Of a stretch of DNA of 35,885 nt, positions 10,269 to 19,215 are shown in pieces. The first letter of the stretch is position 1. Every line of letters begins with the position of its first letter. This DNA is from Balneolaceae bacterium (GTDB lineage: Bacteria > Bacteroidota > Rhodothermia > Balneolales > Balneolaceae): assembly GCA_041747055.1 (NCBI GenBank), contig JBGTFX010000321.1, forward strand, positions 1-35,885, in the 5' to 3' direction. A program made the position numbers and the translations under genes. The notes beneath the pieces were generated by a model that saw only the letters and a list, made by a program, of their open reading frames with translations, did not search any database and had not been told where the DNA came from.

Positions 10269-10862
10269 ATGAAACGAATTCTACTATTGTCTACCGTTCT
10301 ATTTTTTGCAACAGCTTTTACAACCCTTTCAGCCCAGAACGCCGTTAAAACAGGTGTGAAAGGCGGATTGAACTTTGCTACAATATCTAACAGCAATTTT
10401 GACACGCGTACAGGATTTGTCATTGGTGGTTTTGCCAAATTTGGCATTCCGGACTCACGTCTTTCCATTCAGCCCGAAGCGCTTTACAGCCAGCAGGGTG
10501 GAGAGAATAATGGGAATGAAGTCAAAATCGATTATTTACAAATTCCTGTTCTATTCAAATTCGCTCTATCTCAAAATGCCACCACCGTTCCAAATCTTTT
10601 TGCAGGTCCTTATGCAGGATATCGATTAAATGCTGAACAAGGTGGAGGTATTCTTGGTGGTGGAAATGTAAATCAAACCGAACAGATTGATTACGGCTTT
10701 GCTTTCGGTGGTGGCCTGGATATTGAAGTGGGTGATTCCATCTTTACTATGGATGCAAGATACAACTTTGGTTTGGCTGATGTATTTGAAGATCAATCAG
10801 GCAAAAACAGGGTTTTTTCAATTACATTTGGGATTAGCTTGCCAAGTGGTGGGAATAAATAA
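10269..10862 (+). CDS. Outer-membrane beta-barrel (porin / OMP_b-brl_2-like) protein
   Basis: Signal peptide ending LSA-Q; GVKGGLN, QPEALYSQQG, DYLQIPVLFK, ARYNFGL. Start moved to ATG 10269. Confidence 0.85.
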   Translation: MKRILLLSTVLFFATAFTTLSAQNAVKTGVKGGLNFATISNSNFDTRTGFVIGGFAKFGIPDSRLSIQPEALYSQQGGENNGNEVKIDYLQIPVLFKFALSQNATTVPNLFAGPYAGYRLNAEQGGGILGGGNVNQTEQIDYGFAFGGGLDIEVGDSIFTMDARYNFGLADVFEDQSGKNRVFSITFGISLPSGGNK

Positions 10863-10998
10863 ACAAAAGGTCGGGAATCTACCCTCTTTTTTATTATCCA
10901 TTAAATATCCTTTACTTTTCCTGTTGCAAAATGTTATTTGTAACAAAGAAAGTGAGCAGAACTCTTTATACCTAAACATTCATTAATTAAACCAAAAT

Positions 10999-11574
10999 AT
11001 GAAAAAACTATCCTACATAATTATCACACTATTTTTACTGGCAGGATTTGCTAAGACTGCTGAAGCTCAAAGCCCTGTAAATTTTGGGATAAAAGGAGGT
11101 GTGAATTTTGCAAATTTAAGTGACGGAGATGCGGATGCCCGCACCGGATTTATTGGAGGTCTTGTTATTGATTTAGGACTTCCGTTACTGCCGTTGGGAA
11201 TCGAAACCGGGGCATATTATTCGCAAAAAGGATTTGAAACTTCAGGAACATTAAAATTGGATTATTTGGAAGTTCCGGTATTAGCAAAATTTTCACTTGG
11301 CCCTCCCGGACCTATTTCCCCATCGTTTGTGATAGGCCCCTATGCCGGTTTCCTGCTTAATTCTGAATTTGAAGGAGAAAGTGGGGCTATAGATTTAGAT
11401 GATGCAACCGAATCAGTTGATTTTGGGCTACTTGCCGGTGTTGGTGTTGATTTCAACCTGGGGCTAACAAAACTTAATGTTCAGGCCCGATACGGACTAG
11501 GTTTAGTTGATGCTTTTGATGGTCAGGATTCCAAACACAGAGTTCTCTCACTTACTGCCGGAATAATGTTTTAA
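10999..11574 (+). CDS. Outer-membrane beta-barrel (porin / OMP_b-brl_2-like) protein, tandem paralog
   Basis: Signal peptide ending AEA-Q; GIKGGVN, YSQKG, DYLEVPVLAK, ARYGLGL, C-terminal Phe. Confidence 0.88.
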   Translation: MKKLSYIIITLFLLAGFAKTAEAQSPVNFGIKGGVNFANLSDGDADARTGFIGGLVIDLGLPLLPLGIETGAYYSQKGFETSGTLKLDYLEVPVLAKFSLGPPGPISPSFVIGPYAGFLLNSEFEGESGAIDLDDATESVDFGLLAGVGVDFNLGLTKLNVQARYGLGLVDAFDGQDSKHRVLSLTAGIMF

Positions 11575-11605
11575 TCTGCATAAAACATATCTTAATTCGT
11601 ATTAT

Positions 11606-11635
11606 AAAAGAGCCTTTTTTTAAGGCTCTTTTTTT
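11606..11635 (+). terminator. Rho-independent terminator (potentially bidirectional)
   Basis: AAAAGAGCCTT-TTTTT-AAGGCTCTTTT followed by more Ts. Confidence 0.8.
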
Positions 11636-11664
11636 ATGACAGCAGAAATATTTTAAGCTATCCC

Positions 11665-13215
11665 ATGCTTTCAAAATTACTCTTTTTAAATTGGAAACTG
11701 TTTTTAGACCGCCTTACCGGTTTTCAGACAGCTCTATTTATAGGGTATTGTATTTTTCTTCTGGGGATGTTTTTCAATATTATGGGAACCGCTCTGGTTG
11801 TGGTATTTCTCGACAGTACAGTTAATTTTCAAATTGACCTCTCATGGTTAACTCCTGAAGTACACCAGGTAATTCTACTGACGTTTGCCAATGTATTTTG
11901 GATCATGCACTTCTCTTTTACCAGTACAAGGTTGTTGAATGTAGAAGAAAATAGAAAGCTCCTCGGTTTTGGGTATCCGGCAGGCAGGTTAGCATGGCAC
12001 CTGAATCTAATGAGCCTTTATCATCCTGTAAATATAATTTACAATCTGACATGGCTGGTTTTTTTAGGGATTCAGATTAACAGTCTTTGGAATATTCCGG
12101 TTCTTGTTTGTGCTGTATTGCTCAATTATGCTGTAATTTTCTCTATCAAACAGCGGTTTTTAAAACTTGTTGAAAGGCAATTTCGCCTGATGATTTCCAG
12201 TGCAATTTTTGTACTGATTGGTGTAGGAACTTTGTTAGCTATTATCTCCCGACAAACTCAATCTATCCTCCAAAATGTAGCCATCGAACTCACCCAGATT
12301 ATGGATGTTTTATACTGGCTTCCGGGCGGATTACTCTTTCAATCGGCAACGTACCAGCACCAATGGCTGTTATCATCTGTGCTGCTATTTTTCACTGTTC
12401 TGTTGGTCTTCCTCATCTTTAGGGACCACTATTACAAAACACTTTCAGGTCTGCTAAACCCATTCTTCAGCAAAACTGAGCAAAACGTGAGCCGACTATG
12501 GGCTTTTCTCCAAAAAGTGCTGGGAGCCAATGCGGGAAAATATTTTTATTATGTGATTATCCATCCATACAATAAGCTCCAGCTTGTTGCAATTCTAATT
12601 ATTCCCTTAGTTTATATCCCTATCCTCCTTTATATCGATTTTGGAATCATCACCGATATACTGGTTCCGACCATGCTGGCAGCTATTCCCGTAGCACTTT
12701 TAGCAATGGGTATGGCAAATATGTTTGGTTATGAACATCGCGAAATGTTGCTTCATCAACAGCTTCCTGTTTCATTTGAGCAACAATTAAAGGAACGTTT
12801 TTTAGGGATCATCACTATACCATTATTCATATTTTATGGTATCACTATATTTGAGCTGCTCTATCTCCCCGATTTTGGAACCGTATTCAGCATCTATATA
12901 GCCAACACGTTCTTTTTTCTCTGTTTTATGCTCTTTTTTCTGTGGAGTTCATTTTATCAATACGAAACTGCCCGTTACAGTACGTTTAGTTATAAGCACC
13001 CAATAATCCCGCAAAAAGTTACTTTTACCATTTCGATGATTATTTTTGTGCTCGGTTATACGGTTTTTGTCCCGCTCGAAGAATTAGATATCTATCGAAC
13101 ATGGGTAATGACCGGATTAATTGGCGCCATCGGTATCTATATTTGGAAAAATTTAGATCTTTTAGCCGTTGGATTTCGTAAACGGATATTAATTCAACTC
13201 TGGAATGACTTTTAA
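11665..13215 (+). CDS. Polytopic membrane protein, putative ABC exporter permease A
   Basis: More than ten hydrophobic segments; paralog of the next gene; in an operon with an ABC ATPase. Confidence 0.7.
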   Translation: MLSKLLFLNWKLFLDRLTGFQTALFIGYCIFLLGMFFNIMGTALVVVFLDSTVNFQIDLSWLTPEVHQVILLTFANVFWIMHFSFTSTRLLNVEENRKLLGFGYPAGRLAWHLNLMSLYHPVNIIYNLTWLVFLGIQINSLWNIPVLVCAVLLNYAVIFSIKQRFLKLVERQFRLMISSAIFVLIGVGTLLAIISRQTQSILQNVAIELTQIMDVLYWLPGGLLFQSATYQHQWLLSSVLLFFTVLLVFLIFRDHYYKTLSGLLNPFFSKTEQNVSRLWAFLQKVLGANAGKYFYYVIIHPYNKLQLVAILIIPLVYIPILLYIDFGIITDILVPTMLAAIPVALLAMGMANMFGYEHREMLLHQQLPVSFEQQLKERFLGIITIPLFIFYGITIFELLYLPDFGTVFSIYIANTFFFLCFMLFFLWSSFYQYETARYSTFSYKHPIIPQKVTFTISMIIFVLGYTVFVPLEELDIYRTWVMTGLIGAIGIYIWKNLDLLAVGFRKRILIQLWNDF

Positions 13216-13226
13216 AAAAACGCTCT

Positions 13227-14768
13227 TTGTTTAAACTTTTTCTCAACATAAATGCTACTCTTTGGTGGCGGTCCATAAAAGGCTCAGAACTTTTAGCCAT
13301 GGCTATTTATGGCCTGTTTGGAATCCTTATTTTTGGGCAACTCCTGTTGGTTGCTTTTGCCATTATGTTTGCACCAAGCCTCGAATCTGTTCAGGAGATA
13401 TACCCATGGGTTACACCCGATGCGCAATATTTGATGCATCTTGTTTTCATCAATGCTATATGGATTTCGAACCTTACTTTCACAAAAATCAGCCGTCTGC
13501 GTCTTCAGGATAATCAGAAATTTCTGGCCTTTGGTTTTCCTATCACAAAATTATCCAAATACATGAATCTTGCCGGATTTTTACAGCCGGTGAACCTTCT
13601 TTTCAACCTATTTTGGCTGGTTTATTTTGGTTTTTTGGCTGCATCAACTATGAATTTTCTTGTTATCTGTTTGATGGTGATAGTAAACTATGGGTTTTTT
13701 AATGCCCTTAAATGGCGCTTTAAAAATGTGTTGGAAAACAAGTTGCATTGGGTAAATATTGCTTTGGCAGGTGTCATTGTCATAATCATCATTACTCGTC
13801 CCTACATTAATTTTAGCTCAATCGTTAATCACCCCGAGGTTTTCATTGATCAAATAATCGGTTGGTTAAAATATTCTCCTGGCGGACTTCTCTATTTCTT
13901 ATCAGCGAGCCTGTCTAACCCAACGGTAACGGCCGGAGCAATAGGAATCTTAATTGCCGCAATTTTCTTTCTTTACAGAGATTTAGCCCTTCAAACCCGA
14001 ACTGCACTTTTGATGCCGTTGTCTACGGCTACATCAGATCAAAAAAATTCTCAGCTTCCATTTTTTAAACGAGTATTTGGCAAGCAGGGAGGTAAATTTT
14101 TCTATACGGTCTGGAGCCATTCCTATACCAAAACGCAGATTTTAATCACCTTTTTTATCTCCGGACTCTACATTTTCATGTTCAATGATGGTACAATTAT
14201 AGGGGATTTTATGGTTCCCGTGTTTCTTACCATTATTCCAGTACTATTGCTCATGTTATTTATGACCAACATGTTTGGATTTGAAAACCGTGAACTACTG
14301 CTTATGCTCCAAAGTCCTATTTCAAATGATGGGTTAGTTTGGCACCGTATTAAAGCTGTGTTGATCTCTTCTCTCGGCAGTCTCTTGTTGATTACGTTTG
14401 CCATCCCATTTTTCTTCGATTCGATGGTTACAATGGTGCAAATCTATCTTGGATTTATCTTTATCTGCTTCATTTTTCTGCACTACCTGCTATTGAGTTC
14501 AATAAAAAACTATAAAAAAATTAATGATGTTGCGCTCATGTCCATTTCAAACTCGGTGGTACCCGCTTCGGTATCTTTTACAGGTATGTTTATGGTCCTG
14601 CTCCTGGGCCTTGTTTCTTTTATCGTATTTGATCCCTTTCAATGGCTGCATATTGCGCTTTTAGCCACAGTTAATGGTTTACTTATTTACTTTTTTATTC
14701 GACGTATTTCCAACATGAAATTTCTCTTTAAAACCCATGTAGTCCCCAAATTATGGAACGAGCTCTAA
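13227..14768 (+). CDS. Polytopic membrane protein, putative ABC exporter permease B
   Basis: Shares PGGLL, NMFG(Y/F)E(H/N)RE(M/L)LL and terminal LWN(D/E)x with the previous gene; overlaps the ATPase start. Confidence 0.7.
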   Translation: MFKLFLNINATLWWRSIKGSELLAMAIYGLFGILIFGQLLLVAFAIMFAPSLESVQEIYPWVTPDAQYLMHLVFINAIWISNLTFTKISRLRLQDNQKFLAFGFPITKLSKYMNLAGFLQPVNLLFNLFWLVYFGFLAASTMNFLVICLMVIVNYGFFNALKWRFKNVLENKLHWVNIALAGVIVIIIITRPYINFSSIVNHPEVFIDQIIGWLKYSPGGLLYFLSASLSNPTVTAGAIGILIAAIFFLYRDLALQTRTALLMPLSTATSDQKNSQLPFFKRVFGKQGGKFFYTVWSHSYTKTQILITFFISGLYIFMFNDGTIIGDFMVPVFLTIIPVLLLMLFMTNMFGFENRELLLMLQSPISNDGLVWHRIKAVLISSLGSLLLITFAIPFFFDSMVTMVQIYLGFIFICFIFLHYLLLSSIKNYKKINDVALMSISNSVVPASVSFTGMFMVLLLGLVSFIVFDPFQWLHIALLATVNGLLIYFFIRRISNMKFLFKTHVVPKLWNEL

Positions 14769-15514
14769 AAATTCAGGATCTTTCAAAATCCTACGATGCA
14801 ACACCGGTGCTGGAAAATCTCAATCTTGAAGTACCGGCAGGTTCTATTTTTGGGTTGATTGGTCCTAATGGCGCCGGGAAAAGTACCCTCATCGGAATAC
14901 TCACCGGTCTGCTTGATTATAACCACGGCACCATTTTCATCAACGATATGGAGTTGAATGCCCAGAATGAAATTAACATCAAAAAAGATGTTGCCTCTGT
15001 TCTTCAGCCACCGCTGTTATTCGAAAACTTTACAAGTTACGAGTTCACAACCTATGTATGCGAGATGTATGGAGTAGAGACCAATGAGCTGAATGAAAAA
15101 ATTAAGTCGCTTTTTACCTATTTCGAAATCGATAAATTTATGCATGTAAAATCCCGGCAGCTTTCATCGGGCAGCCGGAAGAAACTGGCTTTTTGCACCG
15201 CAATTCTCACCGAGCCAAAACTTCTCTTTTTAGATGAACCGTTTGAAAGTGTGGATGTCATCTCTATTGGAAGAATGAAAGCAGTACTGAGAAGGCTAAA
15301 AGAGAAGGGAATAACAGTCTTTATCACCAGTCACATTCTTGAGGTTGTAGAAAATTTGTGTGATGATATTGCCATTCTTCATAAAGGGAAAATCCTCGCT
15401 TATCTTGATGCAGAAAGCCGTAAAAATCTGGAGAAAGATTCAACACTCAGCGAAATTTTCGAAGAATATGTAGAAGTTAAAGGCACTAATAGTGAGTTAC
15501 TAAACTGGATTTAG
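14753..15514 (+). CDS. ABC transporter ATP-binding protein (ABC-2 / multidrug-like)
   Basis: GPNGAGKST, LSSGSRKK signature variant, LFLDEP, TSH switch. Confidence 0.93.
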   Translation: MERALKIQDLSKSYDATPVLENLNLEVPAGSIFGLIGPNGAGKSTLIGILTGLLDYNHGTIFINDMELNAQNEINIKKDVASVLQPPLLFENFTSYEFTTYVCEMYGVETNELNEKIKSLFTYFEIDKFMHVKSRQLSSGSRKKLAFCTAILTEPKLLFLDEPFESVDVISIGRMKAVLRRLKEKGITVFITSHILEVVENLCDDIAILHKGKILAYLDAESRKNLEKDSTLSEIFEEYVEVKGTNSELLNWI

Positions 15515-15543
15515 CCCCTCACTAAAATGCTAATTTCTATAAT

Positions 15544-16128
15544 TTATTCATGCCCCCAAGGCGCCGGTGGGGTTTCATCCATAGGCTCTGAAAGGTCAAA
15601 ATCTACGCGCCAGCTCCAGGTCGTATCACGAATTGTGCCGTAGGTGTAGCGTTCGCCTGGTTCAATTTCGATTCTCCATCCGCGGAAATGTCCCATCTCT
15701 TCACTGCGGGGAACGGACTTAAATTCCTGACGCATCGCAGTACCACCTTCCACTGAGTATCCGCCGTACATCGTTACATTATCCTCGCTGCCATCCGGCA
15801 TTCTGTGATCGTGACGAAGCTCAAGGCCATCATTATGCTTCGTATAAATCCAGGTACGAGAACGGTTCCATTCATCATCATCCAATTCGATGTGGAACGG
15901 CAGCTTCAGCTGATCATCAGCACACTCTCTAAAATGCACAATCAGCAGCTCATCACCCGACAGCATTTCATCACCTTCAGGCTCTAAAGTAAGTCCCCCG
16001 GGATAGGCATTCCCACAATGTTCACTCAAATTGGCAAAAAAGGCCTCAAATGGCTGTTGTTCCTGTTCCGTTCTTTCTCCGCACGAGATTAGAAAGAGTG
16101 CCAAGAGTAGCGTAATCAATAATTTCAT
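15544..16128 (-). CDS. Hypothetical lipoprotein
   Basis: Lipobox LFLIS-C at residue 16; soluble domain with LRHDHRxxDG and TMYGG motifs; function unknown. Confidence 0.75.
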   Translation of the reverse strand: MKLLITLLLALFLISCGERTEQEQQPFEAFFANLSEHCGNAYPGGLTLEPEGDEMLSGDELLIVHFRECADDQLKLPFHIELDDDEWNRSRTWIYTKHNDGLELRHDHRMPDGSEDNVTMYGGYSVEGGTAMRQEFKSVPRSEEMGHFRGWRIEIEPGERYTYGTIRDTTWSWRVDFDLSEPMDETPPAPWGHE

Positions 16129-16232
16129 TTCCCTGTTTTTATTTGATGTTGATTATATCACTGACTTGAAACAAGTTACTCAGGAATTTTAAAACTTAAA
16201 GAGTTAATAATCCATTAATGAGTAGGTGTACT

Positions 16233-17663
16233 CTACACCATTTTCCCGCCAAGATCGCGTACCACTTCTAAAATAAATTCCACGTCTTTTCGGGTGGTTC
16301 GGGGGTTGATGATACATACCCTCAACGCTGTTTTTCCATGTATCTTGGTTCCGGTTAAAAATATCCGCCCATCAGCTTCAATTTCAGTAATTAGCTGCTG
16401 ATTCACTTTCTCGATTTGATTTTCATCCAAATGATTGGGCGCATATCGAAAGCAAACGATGGAAAGGGGAACAGGAGCAAGGAGTTCAAATTCATCTAAG
16501 TTTTCAATCAATTCAACAAGGTAGGCGGCTTTGTCAATATCAGACTGAATGGTTTCACGAAGTCGTTTTGCACCGTAAGTTTTTAGGGTCATCCATACTT
16601 TCAGCGACTTAAAACTTTTTGTGAGCGGCAGCTGGTACTCCATCATGTCCGTTCTGCCATCGTCGCCATTGTCCGATTTCAGGTAATTAGGCAGGTGACT
16701 AAAGGTTTTTCGCAGTTTCTCCGGCTCTTTCACCAAAATGCATGCGGCTTCAAACGGAACATACAACCATTTGTGTGGATTGATCACCATTGAATCCGCT
16801 TTTTCCAAGCCTGAAAATTGACTTCTAACGGAGTCAATCGCCGCAGCCGGCCCTCCATAAGCCGCGTCCACGTGATACCACAGGTTGTGCTTTTTAGCCA
16901 CATCAGCGAGAGATTCCAAATCATCTATCGCGCCGGTATTTGTGGTTCCGGCAATTCCGATCAGACAAATCGGATTGAGTCCGACGGATCTATCCTGAAC
17001 AATCTTTTCTTCGAGCTTATTTACGTCAATCTGAAACTGCTGGTTCACAGGAATCTTGCGCAGATACTTCTTTCCAATCCCAAGCATATCTACGGCTTTA
17101 TCAAAGCTGGAATGGCCTTCTTCTGATACATAGATGGTCATCGGATTTTGACCGTACATTCCATCTGCTGCGACGGATTCATCAGCCATATTTTTCCGGG
17201 CCACGGCAAGACAGTTGAAATTCGCCGTTGATCCTCCGTCCAGAATAGCTCCGGAGGCATGATCAGGGTAGCCGATAAATTGCGAAACCCAGCGGATAAC
17301 CAGCTTTTCCATTTCCGTGCTGATGGGAGAGGAGTGCCACTTTAAATTATTTTGATTGAGCGCGCTGCTGATCAAATCTCCCATAATCGCCACCTGATTC
17401 CCACCACCGGTGATGTACCCAAAATATCGAGGGCCGATGTTCATTGTGGCAGAACCAATCACGTCCGCGCGCACTTTCTCCAGCAGCGTTTCGACGGATG
17501 TTTCTTCTTCGGGTAGGTTTTCATCAAATGCAGAAAGAACGTCATCAGGTGACTTTCCGGCAAATACCCGCCGATTTAGCTTGTTTTCGTAAAGGTCAGA
17601 AACAGCATCAACGGCTTGGTGCAGATATTTTTGAAACGAATCTCGGTCGAAATCCAAACTCAT
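16233..17663 (-). CDS. Group II PLP-dependent decarboxylase (aromatic amino acid / DAB / glutamate decarboxylase family)
   Basis: GGSTAN, SEEGHSS, AGTTNTGAID, HVDAAYGG, NPHKW (PLP Lys), IVCFRY. Confidence 0.92.
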   Translation of the reverse strand: MSLDFDRDSFQKYLHQAVDAVSDLYENKLNRRVFAGKSPDDVLSAFDENLPEEETSVETLLEKVRADVIGSATMNIGPRYFGYITGGGNQVAIMGDLISSALNQNNLKWHSSPISTEMEKLVIRWVSQFIGYPDHASGAILDGGSTANFNCLAVARKNMADESVAADGMYGQNPMTIYVSEEGHSSFDKAVDMLGIGKKYLRKIPVNQQFQIDVNKLEEKIVQDRSVGLNPICLIGIAGTTNTGAIDDLESLADVAKKHNLWYHVDAAYGGPAAAIDSVRSQFSGLEKADSMVINPHKWLYVPFEAACILVKEPEKLRKTFSHLPNYLKSDNGDDGRTDMMEYQLPLTKSFKSLKVWMTLKTYGAKRLRETIQSDIDKAAYLVELIENLDEFELLAPVPLSIVCFRYAPNHLDENQIEKVNQQLITEIEADGRIFLTGTKIHGKTALRVCIINPRTTRKDVEFILEVVRDLGGKMV

Positions 17664-17757
17664 GAGCAGAGCAAAATTGTGGTGTGAACAGTTAAGTGAT
17701 TTAACTATAAAGTATGGAAAAACCTCAACAGTTTAACCCGGAAGGCATTGATCACTA

Positions 17758-18037
17758 TTAAATTTCGAGCTTTACCTTTTTGCCCAATGCCTTAGCGTAT
17801 TTGGTAAGAGTAGAAAGCTTAATATCCTCGGCGTGATTTTCCATTCTGGAAATCACAGATTTTGTCGTATTAAGTTTCTCAGCCACATCAGCCTGTGTGG
17901 CACACATCTGTTCACGGGCTTGGCGAAGAATCACTCCAATTTTAAAATTGAGATATCCTTCCTCGAAATTCTCTGCAAACTCGGGACTTTCCGCTTTCTT
18001 CTGATCAATAAAAAATTTCTAAATCATCTTTACTCAT
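17758..18037 (-). pseudogene. Frameshifted XRE-family HTH antitoxin (HigA-like, partner type of RelE/Gp49-like toxins)
   Basis: Removing one base from the A6 run at 18010-18015 gives MSKDDLEIFIDQKKAESPEFAENFEEGYLNFKIGVILRQAREQMCATQADVAEKLNTTKSVISRMENHAEDIKLSTLTKYAKALGKKVKLEI*. As written the frame stops after 10 codons. Absent from the ORF track. Confidence 0.8.
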
Positions 18038-18068
18038 TATCATTCCTCCAGTAATAATCTTGTTTCAA
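18030..18068 (-). pseudogene. Probable 3' remnant of the cognate toxin gene
   Basis: LKQDYYWRNDNE* overlaps the antitoxin ATG (AATGAGTAA) and resembles the KxDY C-terminus of Gp49/RelE-like toxins. The frame is closed just upstream. Confidence 0.4.
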
Positions 18069-18080
18069 GCCTTTAACTTA

Positions 18081-18109
18081 TTGACTAATTATGACCAATG
18101 TTGTATAAT
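18081..18109 (+). promoter_or_regulatory. Canonical sigma70-type promoter of the methyltransferase
   Basis: TTGACT(18081-86)-17 nt-TATAAT(18104-09), 32 nt before the ATG. Confidence 0.75.
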
Positions 18110-18149
18110 CTTGCATAACCTTTGGGAAATTAATAAAAAGTATGCAAGA
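18109..18149. promoter_or_regulatory. Perfect 9-bp inverted repeat spanning the predicted TSS and the MTase start codon (candidate operator)
   Basis: TCTTGCATA (18109-17) and TATGCAAGA (18141-49), 23-nt spacer. Confidence 0.5.
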
Positions 18150-19215
18150 CTACTATAATATTGGTGAAGCCGCAGAAAAATTGAATGTAAGTAAAGATAC
18201 CTTGAGGCGCTGGGACAATTCCGGCAAGTTTCCTTCGGAGCGACATCCTATAAATAATTACAGAGTTTATAGTAAAGACAAGATTGAAGAGTTTTCAGTT
18301 ACAGAACCAAGTGTAAACTATTTAAAAATTCAAGAAAATGGGATTGATAATGCTCTATCTCCTTTCTTTGAAACAAAATTAGGTAAACTTTTTAATATTG
18401 ATGCTTTAGAATTTCTTAAATCATTGGAATCTGAATCTGTTGACTTAATATTTGCTGATCCGCCATACAACATAAAAAAAGCGGAGTGGGATACGTTTTC
18501 AAGTCAAAAAGAATATGTCGAATGGAGTTTGGATTGGATTAGAGAATCCAATAGAGTACTAAAGAAAACGGGGAATTTGTATGTATGTGGGTTTTCCGAA
18601 ATTATAGCAGATATTAAATGGGCTGCAAGTGATATTTTTTCCGGTGCTAAATGGCTTGTTTGGTTTTATAGAAATAAAGCCAATCTTGGTAAGGAGTGGG
18701 GTCGATCACATGAAAGTATAATTCATTTTAGAAAAAGTAAGAACTTTACTTTTAATATAGATGAAGTGCGTATTCCATATAATGAACATACCCTAAAATA
18801 TCCGAAGCGTACTCAAGCAGAATCTTCTCAGTATAACAACGGGAACGACAAGAAATATACCTGGCAACCACATCCTAAGGGAGCAAAACCGAAAGATGTA
18901 CTTGAGATTCCAACGCTATCAAATGGTTCCTGGGAAAGAATGGATCATCCCACTCAAAAGCCTGTCGAATTAGTCAAAAAATTCATCTTAGCGTCTACAA
19001 ATGAAGGTGATTTAGTAATAGATCCTTTCGGGGGATCAGGCACAACTTATGCTGTTGCAGAGGCTTATAATCGGAATTGGATGGGTACTGATATTTCTGA
19101 TGAGTATTGTGAGACAATTAAAAAACGTGTAACTGATCTTGAACATATATCAAGAATTAATTCAGCTGTTGATGAAAGAGAAAGTAATCAAAGACGGCTA
19201 AAGTTGAGAGGTTAG
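18142..19215 (+). CDS. Beta-class amino (m6A/m4C) DNA methyltransferase with N-terminal MerR-like HTH
   Basis: YNIGEAAEKLNVSKDTLRRWD..RHPINNYRVY HTH; motif IV FADPPY precedes HPTQKP and motif I DPFGGSGTT. Confidence 0.93.
   Translation: MQDYYNIGEAAEKLNVSKDTLRRWDNSGKFPSERHPINNYRVYSKDKIEEFSVTEPSVNYLKIQENGIDNALSPFFETKLGKLFNIDALEFLKSLESESVDLIFADPPYNIKKAEWDTFSSQKEYVEWSLDWIRESNRVLKKTGNLYVCGFSEIIADIKWAASDIFSGAKWLVWFYRNKANLGKEWGRSHESIIHFRKSKNFTFNIDEVRIPYNEHTLKYPKRTQAESSQYNNGNDKKYTWQPHPKGAKPKDVLEIPTLSNGSWERMDHPTQKPVELVKKFILASTNEGDLVIDPFGGSGTTYAVAEAYNRNWMGTDISDEYCETIKKRVTDLEHISRINSAVDERESNQRRLKLRG

Noticed and set aside
10865-10892. Terminator between the two OMP genes
   Set aside because: The stem AAAAGGTCGGG / ACCCTCTTTT pairs poorly; too weak to call.
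17758-18037. XRE gene as the C (controller) protein of the R-M system
   Set aside because: It is divergent from the MTase, not upstream of the REase, is frameshifted, has an antitoxin-type N-terminus and overlaps a toxin-like tail.
17833-18054. 73-aa plus-strand ORF as a gene or R-M controller protein
   Set aside because: It is the antisense shadow of the frameshifted XRE antitoxin and has no HTH features.
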